DNA from: Octopus sinensis | Taxonomy: Eukaryota | Assembly: GCF_006345805.1 (NCBI RefSeq) | Contig: NC_043023.1 | Span: 9,610,001 to 9,674,000 of the forward strand | Length of the DNA stretch: 64,000 bases | Direction: 5' to 3' | Part shown: positions 1 through 13,239 of the stretch, piece by piece | Layout of the letters: each line of letters starts with the position of its first letter | Numbering within the stretch: position 1 is the first letter of the stretch | Position numbers and translations under genes: made by a program | The notes under the pieces: generated by a model | Told to the model about the DNA's origin: nothing | Seen by the model: only the letters and a program-made list of their open reading frames with translations | Databases searched by the model: none

Positions 1-2083
1 AAAGTTTATTTGCCTTAGTATGAAAGTTTATTGGTCGCAGTATGAAATTTTATTTGCCTTAGTATGAAATTAGTAACCGAGAAACTCGGCGAGGGGCACA
101 AAATAACATGTCGAGGGCGGCAGTTTACCAATGCATACTCTAATTTTATTTGCCTTAGTATGAAATTTTATTTGTCGGAGTATGAAATTTTATTTGTCGT
201 AGTATGAAATTTTATTTGTCGTAGTATGAAATTTTATTTGTCGGAGTATGAAATTTTATTTGTCGTAGTATGAAATTTTATTTGTCGTAGTATGAAATTT
301 TATTTGTCGTAGTATGAAATTTTATTTGCCTTAGTATGAAATTTTATTTGTCGTAGTATGAAATTTTATTTGTCGTAGTATGAAATTTTATTTGTCGTAG
401 TATGAAATTTTATTTGCCTTAGTATGAAAGTTTATTTGACTCAGTATGAAATTTTATTTGTCGTAGTATGAAATTTTATTTGTCGGAGTATGAAATTTTA
501 TTTGCCTTAGTATGAAATTTTATTTGTCGTAGTATGAAATTTTATTTGTCGTAGTATGAAATTTTATTTGTCTCAGTATGAAATTTTATTTGTCGTAGTA
601 TGAAATTTTATTTGTCGTAGTATGAAATTTTATTTGCCTTAGTATGAAATTTTATTTGTCGTAGTATGAAATTTTATTTGTCTCAGTATGAAATTTTATT
701 TGTCGTAGTATGAAAGTTTATTTGTCGTAGTATGAAATTTTATTTGCCTTAGTATGAAATTTTATTTGTCGTAGTATGAAATTTTATTTGTCGTAGTATG
801 AAATTTTATTTGTCGTAGTATGAAATTTTATTTGCCTTAGTATGAAATTTTATTTGTCGTAGTATGAAATTTTATTTGTCGTAGTATGAAATTTTATTTG
901 TCTCAGTATGAAATTTTATTTGTCGTAGTATGAAATTTTATTTGTCGTAGTATGAAATTTTATTTGCCTTAGTATGAAATTTTATTTGTCGTAGTATGAA
1001 ATTTTATTTGTCGTAGTATGAAATTTTATTTGTCGTAGTATGAAATTTTATTTGCCTTAGTATGAAATTTTATTTGTCGTAGTATGAAATTTTATTTGTC
1101 ATAGTATGAAATTTTATTTGTCTCAGTATGAAATTTTATTTGTCGTAGTATGAAATTTTATTTGTCGTAGTATGAAATTTTATTTGCCTTAGTATGAAAT
1201 TTTATTTGTCGTAGTATGAAATTTTATTTGTCTCAGTATGAAATTTTATTTGTCGTAGTATGAAAGTTTATTTGTCGTAGTATGAAATTTTATTTGCCTT
1301 AGTATGAAATTTTATTTGTCGTAGTATGAAATTTTATTTGTCGTAGTATGAAATTTTATTTGTCTCAGTATGAAATTTTATTTGTCGTTGTATGAAATTT
1401 TATTTGCCTTAGTATGAAATTTTATTTGTCGTAGTATGAAATTTTATTTGTCGTAGTATGAAATTTTATTTGTCTCAGTATGAAATTTTATTTGTCGTAG
1501 TATGAAATTTTATTTGCCTTAGTATGAAATTTTATTTGTCGTAGTATGAAATTTTATTTGTCGTAGTATGAAATTTATTTGCCTTAGTATGAAATTTTAT
1601 TTGTCGTAGTATGAAATTTTATTTGTCTCAGTATGAAATTTTATTTGTCGTAGTATGAAATTTTATTTGCCTTAGTATGAATTTTATTTGTCGTAGTATG
1701 AAATTTTATTTGTCGTAGTATGAAATTTTATTTGTCTCAGTATGAAATTTTATTTGTCGTAGTATGAAATTTATTTGCCTTAGTATGAAATTTTATTTGT
1801 CGTAGTATGAAATTTTATTTGCCTTAGTATGAAATTTTATTTGTCGTAGTATGAAATTTTATTTGCCTTAGTATGAAATTTTATTTGCCTTAGTATGAAA
1901 TTTTATTTGTCGTAGTATGAAATTTTATTTGTCGTAGTATGAAATTTTATTTGTCGTAGTATGAAATTTTATTTGTCGTAGTATGAAATTATATTTGTCG
2001 TAGTAAGAAATTTTATTTGTCTTAGTATGAAATTAGTAACCCAGAAACTCGACGAGGGCCGCAATTTACCAATGCATACTCTA
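1..2083. repeat. 22-bp minisatellite array (consensus AGTATGAAATTTTATTTGTCGT), about 85 units between two related spacer segments
   Basis: Period 22 read directly (e.g. TATGAAATT at 181 and 203); variant units end in TCGT, CCTT, TCTC or TCGG; related spacer at about 68-143 and 2033-2083. Confidence 0.95.
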
Positions 2084-2517
2084 AATCTTGAATCCTTTGG
2101 AACATTCCCGCTTTCCCTCCAACTCCACCAAAGTCACAGCCCTTCATTTGTCTTTATACAGATATTACCATACATGCAGATACTGCTTTCACAATTTGAC
2201 ACCAGGGATTTAGTTTCGGGTGGTGGGGAGTAAGTTGGTTACATAGGCTACAGTGCACAACTGGTCCTTATTTTATCGACCTTGAAACAAGGGAAGGTAA
2301 TATCGACATCGGCAGAATTTAGAACGTCACAAAATGTCACCGAGCAATTTGCCTGCCGCGTTAAAGATTCTTCAATTTCGAAACCTTACCTTACACTGAA
2401 ATATTAGTCTTGGTCTGTAACTAAATGAGTCGCCTTCCCCATCTCCGTCTTCTCTAGAAAACAACCATCTCTTCAAACATTGGATATATTTAATTTTACT
2501 ATTATTTGTGGCCTGAA

Positions 2518-3117
2518 GGCGGCGAGCTGGCAGAAACATTAGCACGCCGGGCGAAGCGCGTTGCCGTATTTCGTGTGCCGTTACGTTCTGAGTTCAAATT
2601 CCGCCGAGGTCGACTTTGCCTTTCATCCTTTCGGGGTCGATAAATTAAGTACCAGTTACACACTAGGGTCGATGTAATCGACTTAATACCTTTGGCTGTC
2701 CTTGTTTGTCACCTCTATGTTTAGCCCATTGTGGGTAGTAAGGAAATAGGTATTTCGTCTGCCGTTACGTTCTGAGTTCAGATTCCGCCGAGGTCGACTT
2801 TGCCTTTCATCCTTTCGGGGTCGATAAATTAAGTACCAGTTACGCACTGGGGTCGATATAATCGACTTAATCCGTCTGTCTGTCCTTGTTTGTCCTCTCT
2901 GTGTTTAACCCCTTGTGGGTAGTAAAGAAATAGGTATTTCGTCTGCCGTTACGTTCTGAGTTCAAATTCCGCCGAGGTCGACTTTGCCTTTCATCCTTTC
3001 GGGGTCGATAAATTAAGTTCCAGTTACGCACTGGGGTCGATATAATCGACTTAATCCGTTTGTCTGTCCTTGTTTGTCCTCTCTGTGTTTAACCCCTTGT
3101 GGGTAGTAAAGAAACAG
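2518..3117 (+). mobile_element. SINE family A, one head plus 3 tandem bodies of about 185 bp
   Basis: GGCGGCGAGCTGGCAGAAAC head; body GTATTTCGTCTGCCG...AAAGAAA repeated three times. Confidence 0.9.
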
Positions 3118-3412
3118 TATTTAATTTTACTATTATGTATGTGAATTTCCTCATCGATATGCTCGCAAATGAACGTCATCAAATACTCTAGGCATTTTTC
3201 AAACAAATGTAGAAAACAAACAAAGAATAAATGTTTACTTTGCGAGTTCGATTTCTGTTAATGATTATCCAACCACCATATTAAGACTATAATGCCATAT
3301 ACCAAACTTGCATCGAATACTCGCTGCATTTCTCGATAATATTTACAAGACAGTCTGAGAATAGATTTACAATTTGCTAGTTAGATTTCTGAGGCAAGCT
3401 TCATATTAATAA

Positions 3413-3735
3413 TACTTTCTACTGGAAGCACATGGCCTCCATCAAATTTGGGGGTGAGAGATTAAGTCGATTACATAGACCCCAGTGTGTAACTGGTACT
3501 AATATTATCAGCCCAGAAAGGATGAAAGGCAAAGTCGACATCGGTGTAATTTAATCTCCGAAGGTAAAGACGGACGAAATACGCTAAGCATTTCGCCTGG
3601 CGTGCTAACGATTCTGCCAGCTCGGCGCCTTAATCTTCATATTAATAATCCTTTCTGCTGGAGGCACAATGCATCAAATTTGGTGGAAGGGATTAAGCCA
3701 ATTATACCGACCCTAGTGTGTAACTGGTACTTATT
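3413..3735 (-). mobile_element. Degenerate SINE family A copy plus a partial second body
   Basis: Reverse-complement similarity to family A (GGATGAAAGGCAAAGTCGAC, GCATTTCGCCTGGCGTGCTAACG). Confidence 0.75.
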
Positions 3736-4090
3736 TCCTCACCAGTAAACTTTTCATCAATATGAAGAACGGAAAAGTGAGTTTCGACTTTCCCAATAGC
3801 AAATTCTTTGGACGGACGACAACTGGTCGCATGCGTCTTTCAGTAATGGAAAGAAGCTCAATTTAGTTCTCACCGATGGTAGACAATACTTGTGACGTCG
3901 TAAAAGTGAAACATTGATTCATAAATACACAAAGAAATCAGTGATGATTGGAGGTGGGTGTTTAATGGGATGGCAATGATTTTTTGCTGCAGGTGTTAGG
4001 CATTTGATCCGGATACATATTCATGTGAATGTGGCCATAAACAAAAACGTTGTTCTACAGTATGTGCCAGCTATGAGGTCATCTCCAACT

Positions 4091-4181
4091 CGGCCGAATT
4101 TGAACTCAGAACGTAGCGGCAGACGAAATACTGCTAAGCATTTCGCCCGGCGTGCTAACGTTTCTGCCAGCTCACCGCCTT
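4091..4181 (-). mobile_element. SINE family A head fragment
   Basis: AATTTGAACTCAGAACGTAGCGGCAGACGAAATAC...CCAGCTCACCGCC. Confidence 0.8.
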
Positions 4182-4633
4182 ATCCTCCGCATATAATGTC
4201 TATTAATCCACTACAGAAAAGTGTGCTTGACATTTCACTGTCTCTCCTAGTCCGAGAAAGACGTTTCTGGAATTATTTTCTTACTGAACAACCTGTCTCT
4301 GTATGAATCTTGTTGATGATATTGATGCTCAATTCTCTTTATAATCCGAAACATATTAACACTTTAATCGCTGATAGGGACATGATATAAGATCAGAAAG
4401 CATTGACCAGCAAAATGTTACAAGAAAAACTTCAGGAAGGATGGGATAAAATTATCAATACATCAGAAGAAAGTGAGAAATTGGCCTCTTCTTGTGGACA
4501 GAGAAGTGCTGGGGTCAGTAAAGATAAAGGATTGTACATATCTAAATTAATATAATAATATAGATTGTAAAATTCTTCTGACAAAATTTTGATTTTTTAA
4601 AAAGTTTACGCCATACCTTCTCTAATTCTGTCC

Positions 4634-5012
4634 GCGCAATGGCCCAGTGGTTAGGGCAGCAGACTCGCGGTCGTAGGATCACCGTTTCGATTCCCAGACC
4701 GGGCGTTGTGAGTGTTTATTGAGCGAAAGCACCTAAAAGCTACACGAGGCTCCGGCAGGGGATGGTGGTGATCCCTGCTGTACTCTTTCACCACAACTTT
4801 CTCTCACGCTTACTTCCTGTTTCTGCTGTACCTGTATTTCAAAGGGCCGGACTTGTCACTCTCTGTGTCACGCTGAATATCCCCGAGAACTACGTTAAGG
4901 GTACACGTGTCTGTGGAGTGCTCAGCCACTTACACGTTAATTTCACGAGCAGGCTGTTCCGTTGATCGGATCAACTGAAACCCTCATCGTTGTAACCGAC
5001 GGAGTGCTTCCA
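4634..5012 (+). mobile_element. tRNA-derived SINE family B (about 380 bp)
   Basis: A box TGGCCCAGTGG, B box GTTTCGATTCC; flanking direct repeat AATTCTGTCC. Confidence 0.92.
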
Positions 5013-5174
5013 CAAATTCTGTCCATCTGTATTTTTTAAATTAAGATTATCCCTATTATAAATTATTTAGTTGTTAATCACTTCCGACAAAATGTATTGT
5101 ACATAAGGAACATACAGTAAAAAAAAAAGCCATTCAGAAAAATGGCGAAGAAATGTAAGAGTTTTTATTTCATA

Positions 5175-5550
5175 CTAGCAGTATCGCCCGACGTTGCTCG
5201 GGTTTGTAAGGGAAATAACTATAAAGCATTTTTAGAGAGTTATAGCCAAAAAATAGCAAAAAATGCATTAAAAATGGAAAAAAAAATTATGGTAAATTTT
5301 TTTTTATAAATCGTTGACTCATCGTAGACATTTTTAGAGAGTTACTTACCTTATATTTAAAAAAATATGCATTAAAATGGAAAAAAATGATGGTAAATTA
5401 TTTTAAAATCGTAGACTCATCGTAGACGCGCGGTAATACCCAGAAGGGCTCGATATGAATCACGACTATAAGAGTTAAACTGCACCGCAAAATGTGGGAG
5501 TAGTTAGGAATGTAAATCGGAGTAGACAGATACACAATCTTTCTTTTATA
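5175..5550 (-). mobile_element. Non-autonomous Helitron
   Basis: Minus-strand 3' end CCCGAGCAACGTCGGGCGATACTGCTAG (hairpin then CTAG); internal sequence shared with the copies at 6889, 41561 and 45088. Confidence 0.8.
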
Positions 5551-5993
5551 TTAGCCACTACTCAACATCATCCAATAACATGCATCAACCGGAGACACTG
5601 CCGCTGATGTGAAAAAACAAAACGCTTAGACACTAAATACAATTGGGCATTGTATTCAGAGTGCTAATCGGATACACCTGCAGTTTCAGACAATAAGCGT
5701 ATATGAGGAAACAGAGCAGTCGAAATAGTATTCAGTGCTTGAGAGACATAAATATTGAAGAAAATTACAATTGAATTGATATTTGGTTCCAGTATTGTAG
5801 AGGTCAGTGAATTTTTGATACTTTTCCTTTAAGATTTAATATTTAAATATACAAACAACTGCACGTATGTTTTATTATATCTCTCACTCTCTTTCTCCCT
5901 GTCTCTCCCTATCTATCTTTTTACCTCTCTCCATATACATAAATTCATATAAACAGGAAAACATATGTATGTATATATGTATTTATATACCTG

Positions 5994-6065
<72 letters not shown>

Positions 6066-6118
6066 GTTGGCGATTTTTTTCCTCTGTCTTCCCTTCTCTG
6101 GATCTTTCCTTCTCCTGT

Positions 6119-6153
6119 GTTTCCGACGAAGAGCTCCGCTCGAAACGTTATAC
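6119..6153 (+). ncRNA. Degenerate minimal type I hammerhead-ribozyme-like motif
   Basis: GTTT-CCGACGA-A-GAGC(TCC)GCTC-GAAAC-GTT-ATAC: core CUGANGA with one mismatch, 4-bp stem II, GAAA, palindromic ACGT stem III. Confidence 0.4.
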
Positions 6154-6258
6154 CCTCCTTCTTCCCTTCCTTCCTGAGCGTCCAATAATACTATATTTGT
6201 TCCACGTCCTCGTGTTGTTGTGTTTTCTCTTTGTGTTTTCATGTTTGGATTAACTTTA

Positions 6259-6297
<39 letters not shown>

Positions 6298-6506
6298 TCG
6301 AGGCTTTCTTCTAAGGAATCTTGGCTTAGATTTCCCTTGGGGGCTGCCCAGATCGGAGCAATCTCAAGATTAATCAGCCGAAATTGCGAAGATGATCCGG
6401 TTCTTGACTGATGATTGAGGGCTTCGAATGTCCCGTCCGTGTTTTTTGCGTCGTCTTCTAAATACTTCACGTTCTTGTCCCAATTTGTATATATTTTTTA
6501 AACTTT

Positions 6507-6538
<32 letters not shown>

Positions 6539-6888
6539 TGTAGACACACACATATATATATATATATAAAACGATTTCCCGCCTTGCCATACGCATAAAT
6601 ATTAGTCTGTAACTAAACGAATCGCATATATACAACTAGTTGTTCTGTAGGAAATAATCGCCTCTTCAAAGTTTTGATATATTTCGTTTCTGCTTATGTA
6701 TTCATTATAATTTCTGCATGTTCGATGTCAATCGTTGCATCGATACGCACACCCTTCTGCGAAATACACATTGTTGCATCAAAGAGTCGAGGCCTTTTTT
6801 AAACAGATTGTAGAAAACTATCAAGGAATAAATATCTGCTTTGCAAGATTTATTTCGGTTAACGTATATAAAACCATCATATTAAGAA

Positions 6889-7401
6889 CTAGCAGTATCG
6901 CCCGGCGTTGCTCGGGTTTGTAAGGGAAATAACTATATAAGCATTTTTAGAGAGTTACTCCCCTTATGGATGCCAATTCGGGCTTTCTTAGCCATTTCTG
7001 TTTTGGTGTCTTCAAGCCATGAAGTCGTTGTTCTAAAAGAACGCTGGTCTCCTTGACAACGCTTTACGACGTTGATTTCCTTACACTCCCTTCCCCACAA
7101 CTTCACGAGGGAGGGAAGAAGGGGGAGAAGCAAACAGGTGCAGGTGTGACCATGGACGCCAACTCCGCCGCCATCGACACACGAAAAAATATGCATTAAA
7201 ATGGAATAAAAAATGATGTTAAATTATTTTTAAAATAGTAGACTCATCGTAGACGCGCGCTAATAGCCAGAAGGGCTCGATATGAATTACGACTATAAGA
7301 TACCCGAATTTGGTTAAACTGCACCGCAAAATGTGGGAGTAGTTAGGAATCTAAATCGAAGGGGACAGACACTCACACAACTACAGTTTTATATATATAG
7401 A
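6889..7401 (-). mobile_element. Non-autonomous Helitron with about 215 bp of extra internal sequence
   Basis: Minus-strand 5' TCTATATATATAAAA, 3' hairpin plus CTAG, inserted between A and T. Confidence 0.88.
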
Positions 7402-7565
7402 TATCGATGATATGTAATGTCATACACTCGAGTTACACAATTCTTGTAACCAACTCTTTTTCTATGGAAGTACTTTCATACTTTGGATTTTAAAATCTGG
7501 GACATTTACGATCAGTAATTCGATGTTCATTATACTAGCGTTCCTTCTGCCTTTCGGTATATATA

Positions 7566-7720
7566 AGTGGCTGTGTGGTAAGTAGTTTGCATACCAACCA
7601 CATGTTTCCGGGTTCATTCCCACTGCGTGGAACCTTGGGCAAGTGTCACCTACTATAGCTTCGGGCCGACCAAAGCATTGTGAGTGTATTTAGTAGACAG
7701 AAACTGAAAAGAAGCCCGTC

Positions 7721-7780
<60 letters not shown>

Positions 7781-8033
7781 ATGTGTATGTGCGTGTATAT
7801 GTTTGTGTGTCTGCGTTTGTCCCCCCTCCGCCAACATCGCTTGACAATCGATGCTAGTGTGTTTACGTCCCCGTAAATTGGCGGTTCGGCAATAGAGAAC
7901 GATAGAATAAGTACTAGGCTTCCAAAGAATACTTCTTCCAAAGAATAAGTCCCGGGGTCGATTTGTTCGACTAAAGGCAGTGCTCCAGCATGGCCGCAGT
8001 CAAATGACTGAAACAAGTAAAAGAGTAAAAGAG
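7566..8033 (+). mobile_element. SINE family C (CORE-like, internal TA/TG microsatellite)
   Basis: GTGGCTGTGTGGTAAG head, ACCTTGGGCAAGTG CORE-like motif, tail GAAACAAGTAAAAGAGTAAAAGAG. Confidence 0.9.
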
Positions 8034-8094
8034 TATATAATAATGTACGCAAACACGCACGCGCACCACGCATTTAAGCAAATACATAAACATG

Positions 8095-9020
8095 AATGTA
8101 TATGCATGGCCGTATGCATGTATGTATGTATGTATGTATGTATGTATGTACGTACGTATGTATGTACGTATGTATGTATGTACGTACATATGTATGTACG
8201 TATGTATGTACGTATGTATGTACGTATGTATGTATGTATGCATGTATGTATGTATGTATGTATGTATGTATGTATGTATGTATGTATGCATGTATGTATG
8301 TATGTATGTATGTATGTATGTATGCATGTATGTATGCATGTATGTATGTATGTATGCATGTATGTATGTATGCATGTATATATATATGCATGTATGTATG
8401 CATGTATGTATGTATGTATGTATGTATGCATGCATGTATGTATGTATGCATGTATGTATGTATGTATGTATGCATGTATGTATGTATGTATGCATGTATG
8501 TATGTATGTATGTATGTATGCATGTATGTATGTATATATGTATGCATGTATGTATGTATGTATGTAAGTATGTATGTATGTATGTATGTATGCATGTATG
8601 TATGTATGCATGTATGTATGTATGTATGTATGTATGTATGCATGTATGTATGTATGTATGTATGTATGTATGCATGCATGTATGTATGTATGTATGTATG
8701 TATGTATGCATGTATGTATGCATGTATGTATGTATGCATACATGCATGTATGTATGCATGTATGTATGCATGTATGTATGCATGTTTGTATGTATGTATG
8801 TATGTATGCATGCATGTATGTATGTATGCATGTATGTATGTATGTATGTATGTATGCATGTATGTATGTATGCATGTATGTATGTATGTATGTATGCATG
8901 TATGTATGTATGTATGTATGCATGTATGTATGTATGTATGTAAGTATGTATGTATGTATGTATGCATGTATGTATGTATGCATGTATGTATGTATGTATG
9001 TATGTATGCATGTATTTATG
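8095..9020. repeat. (ATGT)n/(ATGC) tetranucleotide microsatellite
   Basis: Direct reading; source of the MYVC/HTYI pseudo-ORFs. Confidence 0.97.
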
Positions 9021-9447
9021 TACGTCACTGCGTGCTTTCAATTTTCTGTTGTCTACCTGCTATCGATCCATTATTAATTTTAACAAAAAATATGTGAAAT
9101 ATCAATATTTTCCATATAAAATATGAAAGGTTTCGAACAGCATTAAATGGATACGTTCACCATGTAACCAGTCACTTATATGTATGTGTAGTCACTTCAT
9201 GGGTTGGTCAAATTTCAGCTCGTTTGGCTGATTAGGATTTTGTTCAGGAAAACTCTTCGTTAGACAATATATTCACTTAATATCATCGTGATCACCGTGA
9301 CTGACCAGGCCATCAGATGCTGCTACACATCGCTGGTCACAATGCGCTTCGCATTGTTTTAGCCTTCAAATGATGCCACCCTACTGGCTAAGCGAGCAGG
9401 TCAATATTCACTTAATATACTGTTCAGCTGTGTTAGTATTGGAATGG

Positions 9448-9827
9448 AAGCACTCCGTCGGTTACGACGACGAGGGTTCCGGTTGATCCGATCAACAGAA
9501 CAGCCTGCTCGTGAAATTAACGTGTAAGTGGCTGAGTACTCCACAGACACGTGCACCCTTAACGTAGTTCTCGGGGATATTCAGCGTGACACAGAGAGTG
9601 ACAAGGCCGGCCCTTTGAAATACAGGTACAACAGAAACAGGAAGTAAGAGTGAGAGAAAGTTGTGGTGAAAGAGTACAGCAGGGATCACCACCATCCCCT
9701 GCCGGAGCCTCGTGGAGCTTTTAGGTTTTTCGCTCAATAAACACTCACAACGCCCGGTCTGGGAATCGAAACCGCGATCCTACGACCGCGAGTCCGCTGC
9801 CCTAACCACTGGGCCATTGCGCCTCCA
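9448..9827 (-). mobile_element. SINE family B
   Basis: Full reverse-complement match; flanking repeat GTGTTAGTATTG. Confidence 0.92.
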
Positions 9828-10077
9828 GTGTTAGTATTGATACATCTATTAGAAAGCGTTTCTTTATACGTATACATACTTTGCAAATAATTTCTAGTTC
9901 AAATTTAATGTCGCTAAGTAGATAACTTTCCATTCACATATATGTGTATAGTATGCTTGTTGCTCATCGTTCAAGTTTTAGCTTGTAACGTTAGTTTTAA
10001 GAAAACTTTTCCTTATCAAAGATGTTTACTTAGACGATCGTTCGAAATGTTTTAATCACAATATTCATGCGTAAAGG

Positions 10078-10345
<268 letters not shown>

Positions 10346-10357
10346 TGTGTGTATCAA

Positions 10358-10780
10358 GGCGGCGAGCTGGAAGAAACGTTAGCACGCCGGGCGAAATGCA
10401 TAGCGGTATTTCGTCTGCCGTTACGAGCTGAGTTCAAATTCCGCCGAGGTCGACTTTGCCTTTCATCCTTTCGGGGTCGATTAAATAAGTACCAGTTACG
10501 CATTGGGGTCGATGTAATCGACTTAATCCGTTTGTCTGTCCTTGTTTGTCCCCTTTGTGTTCAGCCCCTTGTGGGCAGTAAAGAAATAGGTATTTCGTCT
10601 GCCGCTACGTTCTGAGTTCAAATTCCGCCGAGGTCGACTTTGCCTTTCATCCTTTCGGGGTCGATTAAATAAGTACCAGTTACGCATTGGGGTCGATGTA
10701 ATCGACTTAATCCGTTTGTCTGTCCTTGTTTGTCCCCTCTGTGTTTAGCCCCTTGTGGCCAGTGAAGAAATAAGAAATAA
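10358..10780 (+). mobile_element. SINE family A, head plus 2 bodies
   Basis: Family A head and duplicated body. Confidence 0.9.
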
Positions 10781-11081
10781 GGATACACACACACACACTG
10801 ATTTAGTTATGTCTATTTGCTTAACGATATCACTTCTGAACATTGTCAATCGAAATCTAGAATTTCCCCGGGTTGCCCATTGCCTTACGTTTGCCGAAGC
10901 TAAATGATAGAGACAAGAGAGAGGATGTCACCAATTATAGACCTAATATTTATTGACCAATACTCTAGAAATTATTAACCTGTCTCATAGGAGAAGTATA
11001 TAATTTTCTGCAAAATGAAAATCTATTGGCAGTTGAGCAAAAAGGATGTAGAAAGAAATCAAAGGGAATTGCTATATACAT

Positions 11082-11680
11082 ATTTCTTTATTGCCCACAA
11101 GGGGCTGAACATAGAGGGGACAAAGAAGGGCAGACAAAGGGATTAAGTCGATTACATCGACCCCAGTGTGTGACTGGTACTTTATTTATCGACCCCAAAA
11201 GGATGAAAGTAAAAGTCGACGTCGGCGGAATTTGAACTCAGAACGTAACGACAGACGAAATACCTGTTTCTTTACAACCCACAAGGGGCTAAACACAGAG
11301 GGGAAAAACAAGGAAGACAAAGGGATTAAGTCGATTGCATCGACTCCAGTGCGAAACTGGTACTTTATTTATCGACCCCGAAAGGATGAAAGGCAAAGTC
11401 GACCTCGGTGGAATTTGAACTCAGAACGTAACGGCAGACTAAATACCTATTTCTTTACTGCCCACAAGGGGCTGAACATAGAGGGAACAAACAAGGACAG
11501 AGAAAGGGATTAAGTCGATTAAATCGACCCCAGTGCGTAACTGGTACTTTAATTATCGACCCCGAAAGGATGAAAGGCAAAGTCGACCTCGGCGGAATTT
11601 GAACTCAGAATGTGAAGACAGAAGAATTACCGCTAAGCATTTCGCCCGGCGCTCTAACGTGTCTGCCAGCTCGCTGCCTT
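11082..11680 (-). mobile_element. SINE family A, head plus 3 bodies
   Basis: Reverse complement of the family A concatemer. Confidence 0.9.
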
Positions 11681-12210
11681 GCTATATATAGATAGATAAA
11701 TATAAGAATGAAAGAACAATTTAGCTGGTAGATGGATAGATTGATGGAAGGTTTACGTCAATGTCTCACACAGCTGGCCGTGGGTGTGTTTGAGGACGCT
11801 CGAAATTCATTGAAATATAGACAAGTTTTTGAAAATTCATTCAAATGACGAAAACAATTAGAAAACCAACAGAAAGACTAACATGGCACTTGACATGTAG
11901 AGGAGATCCTGTCGTTGATGTTGGAAAACAAAACACTTAGAGCGTAATTACAAGTGGGACACTGTATTCAGTATGCTTATCGGATACAGCTGCGATTTTA
12001 GAGAATAGTATTATATGAAGAGAAAGAAGAGGCGAGTGTGTGTTATGCGTTTAAAAAGTATATGGATATTGAAAAGATTACATTTGTAGTTATATTTGGA
12101 TCCGACGTTATAGAGGTGAGTCAGTATTTGTTACTTTTCTTTTAGGACTTCACATTTAAATACACACACACACACGCGCGCGCGCATGTGATCCAGTGAT
12201 CTGAATGTTA

Positions 12211-12812
12211 GGGCGGCAAGCTGGCAGAAACGTTAGCACACCGGGCGAAATGCTCAGAGGTATTTCGTCTGCCGTTAAGTTCTGAGTTCAAATTCCGCCG
12301 AGGCCGACTTTGCCTTTCATCCTTTCGGGGGTCGAAAAATTAAGTAGCAGTTACGCACTGGGGTCGAAGTGATCGACCTAATTCCTTTGTCTGTCCTTAT
12401 TTGTCCCCTCTGTGTTCAGCCCCTTGTGGGTAGTAAAGAAGTAGGTATTTCGTCTGCCGTTACGTTCTGAGTTCAAATTCTGCCTAGGTCGACTTTGCCC
12501 TTCATCCTTTTGGGGTCGATTAAATAAGTACCAGTTACGCACTGGGGTCGATATAATCGACTTAATCCGTTTGTCTGTCCTTGTTTGTCCTCTCTGTGTT
12601 TAGCCCCTTGTGGGTAGTAAAGAAATAGGTATTTCGTCTGCCGTTACGTTCTGAGTTCAAATTTCGCCGAGGCCGACTTTGCCTTTCATCCTTTCGGGGT
12701 CGAAAAATTAAGTACCAGTTACGCACTGGGGTCGATGTAATCGACCTAATCCCTTTGTCTGTCCCTGTTTGTCCCCTCTATGTTTCGCCCCCTGTGGGCA
12801 ATAAAGAAATAA
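12211..12812 (+). mobile_element. SINE family A, head plus 3 bodies
   Basis: Ends CCCCCTGTGGGCAATAAAGAAATA. Confidence 0.9.
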
Positions 12813-12911
12813 ATCTGAATGTTTCTCACTCCTCCACTCCGTCTCTATATTTCTACCTATTGATATATAACTAATACACATGTACGTATAAATAACGAAA
12901 CATATGTGGGT

Positions 12912-13014
<103 letters not shown>

Positions 13015-13239
13015 TAGATGGTAAATGTTTGTCATTTCCAAATTTATTCCTGTCGATTTTATCCGTTATTTTTGTGCTTTACAGAACCTAGCTGTTCTTT
13101 CTAATGTGTTGAATTCCCTACAAGTGGATTCCTTATGTGTATAAATATACACTATATATCGTTATATATATATATATATATATATTACCCTCCGGCTGCA
13201 CCGCTCCTACCTATTTATTACTGTGGGCTCTACTTTTCT

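Noticed and set aside
1-2083. CRISPR-like repeat array
   Set aside because: Units are contiguous with no unique spacers; eukaryotic context; no cas genes
3735-3900. Possible mariner-type transposase fragment (minus strand ...VLHIDEK)
   Set aside because: Only a 5-residue motif, stops nearby, no TIRs found
4634-4705. tRNA gene suggested by A/B boxes
   Set aside because: tRNA-derived SINE head; continues into the SINE body and has a TSD
4762-4965. Recurrent MVVIPAVLFHHN... ORF (many copies)
   Set aside because: Incidental reading frame inside SINE family B
6400-6440. CTGATGA...CGAAT second hammerhead candidate
   Set aside because: No convincing stem II and the GAAA motif is broken
7971-9097. 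Long ORFs (MYVC/HTYI repeats, up to 356 aa)
   Set aside because: Translations of an (ATGT)n microsatellite, open in many frames
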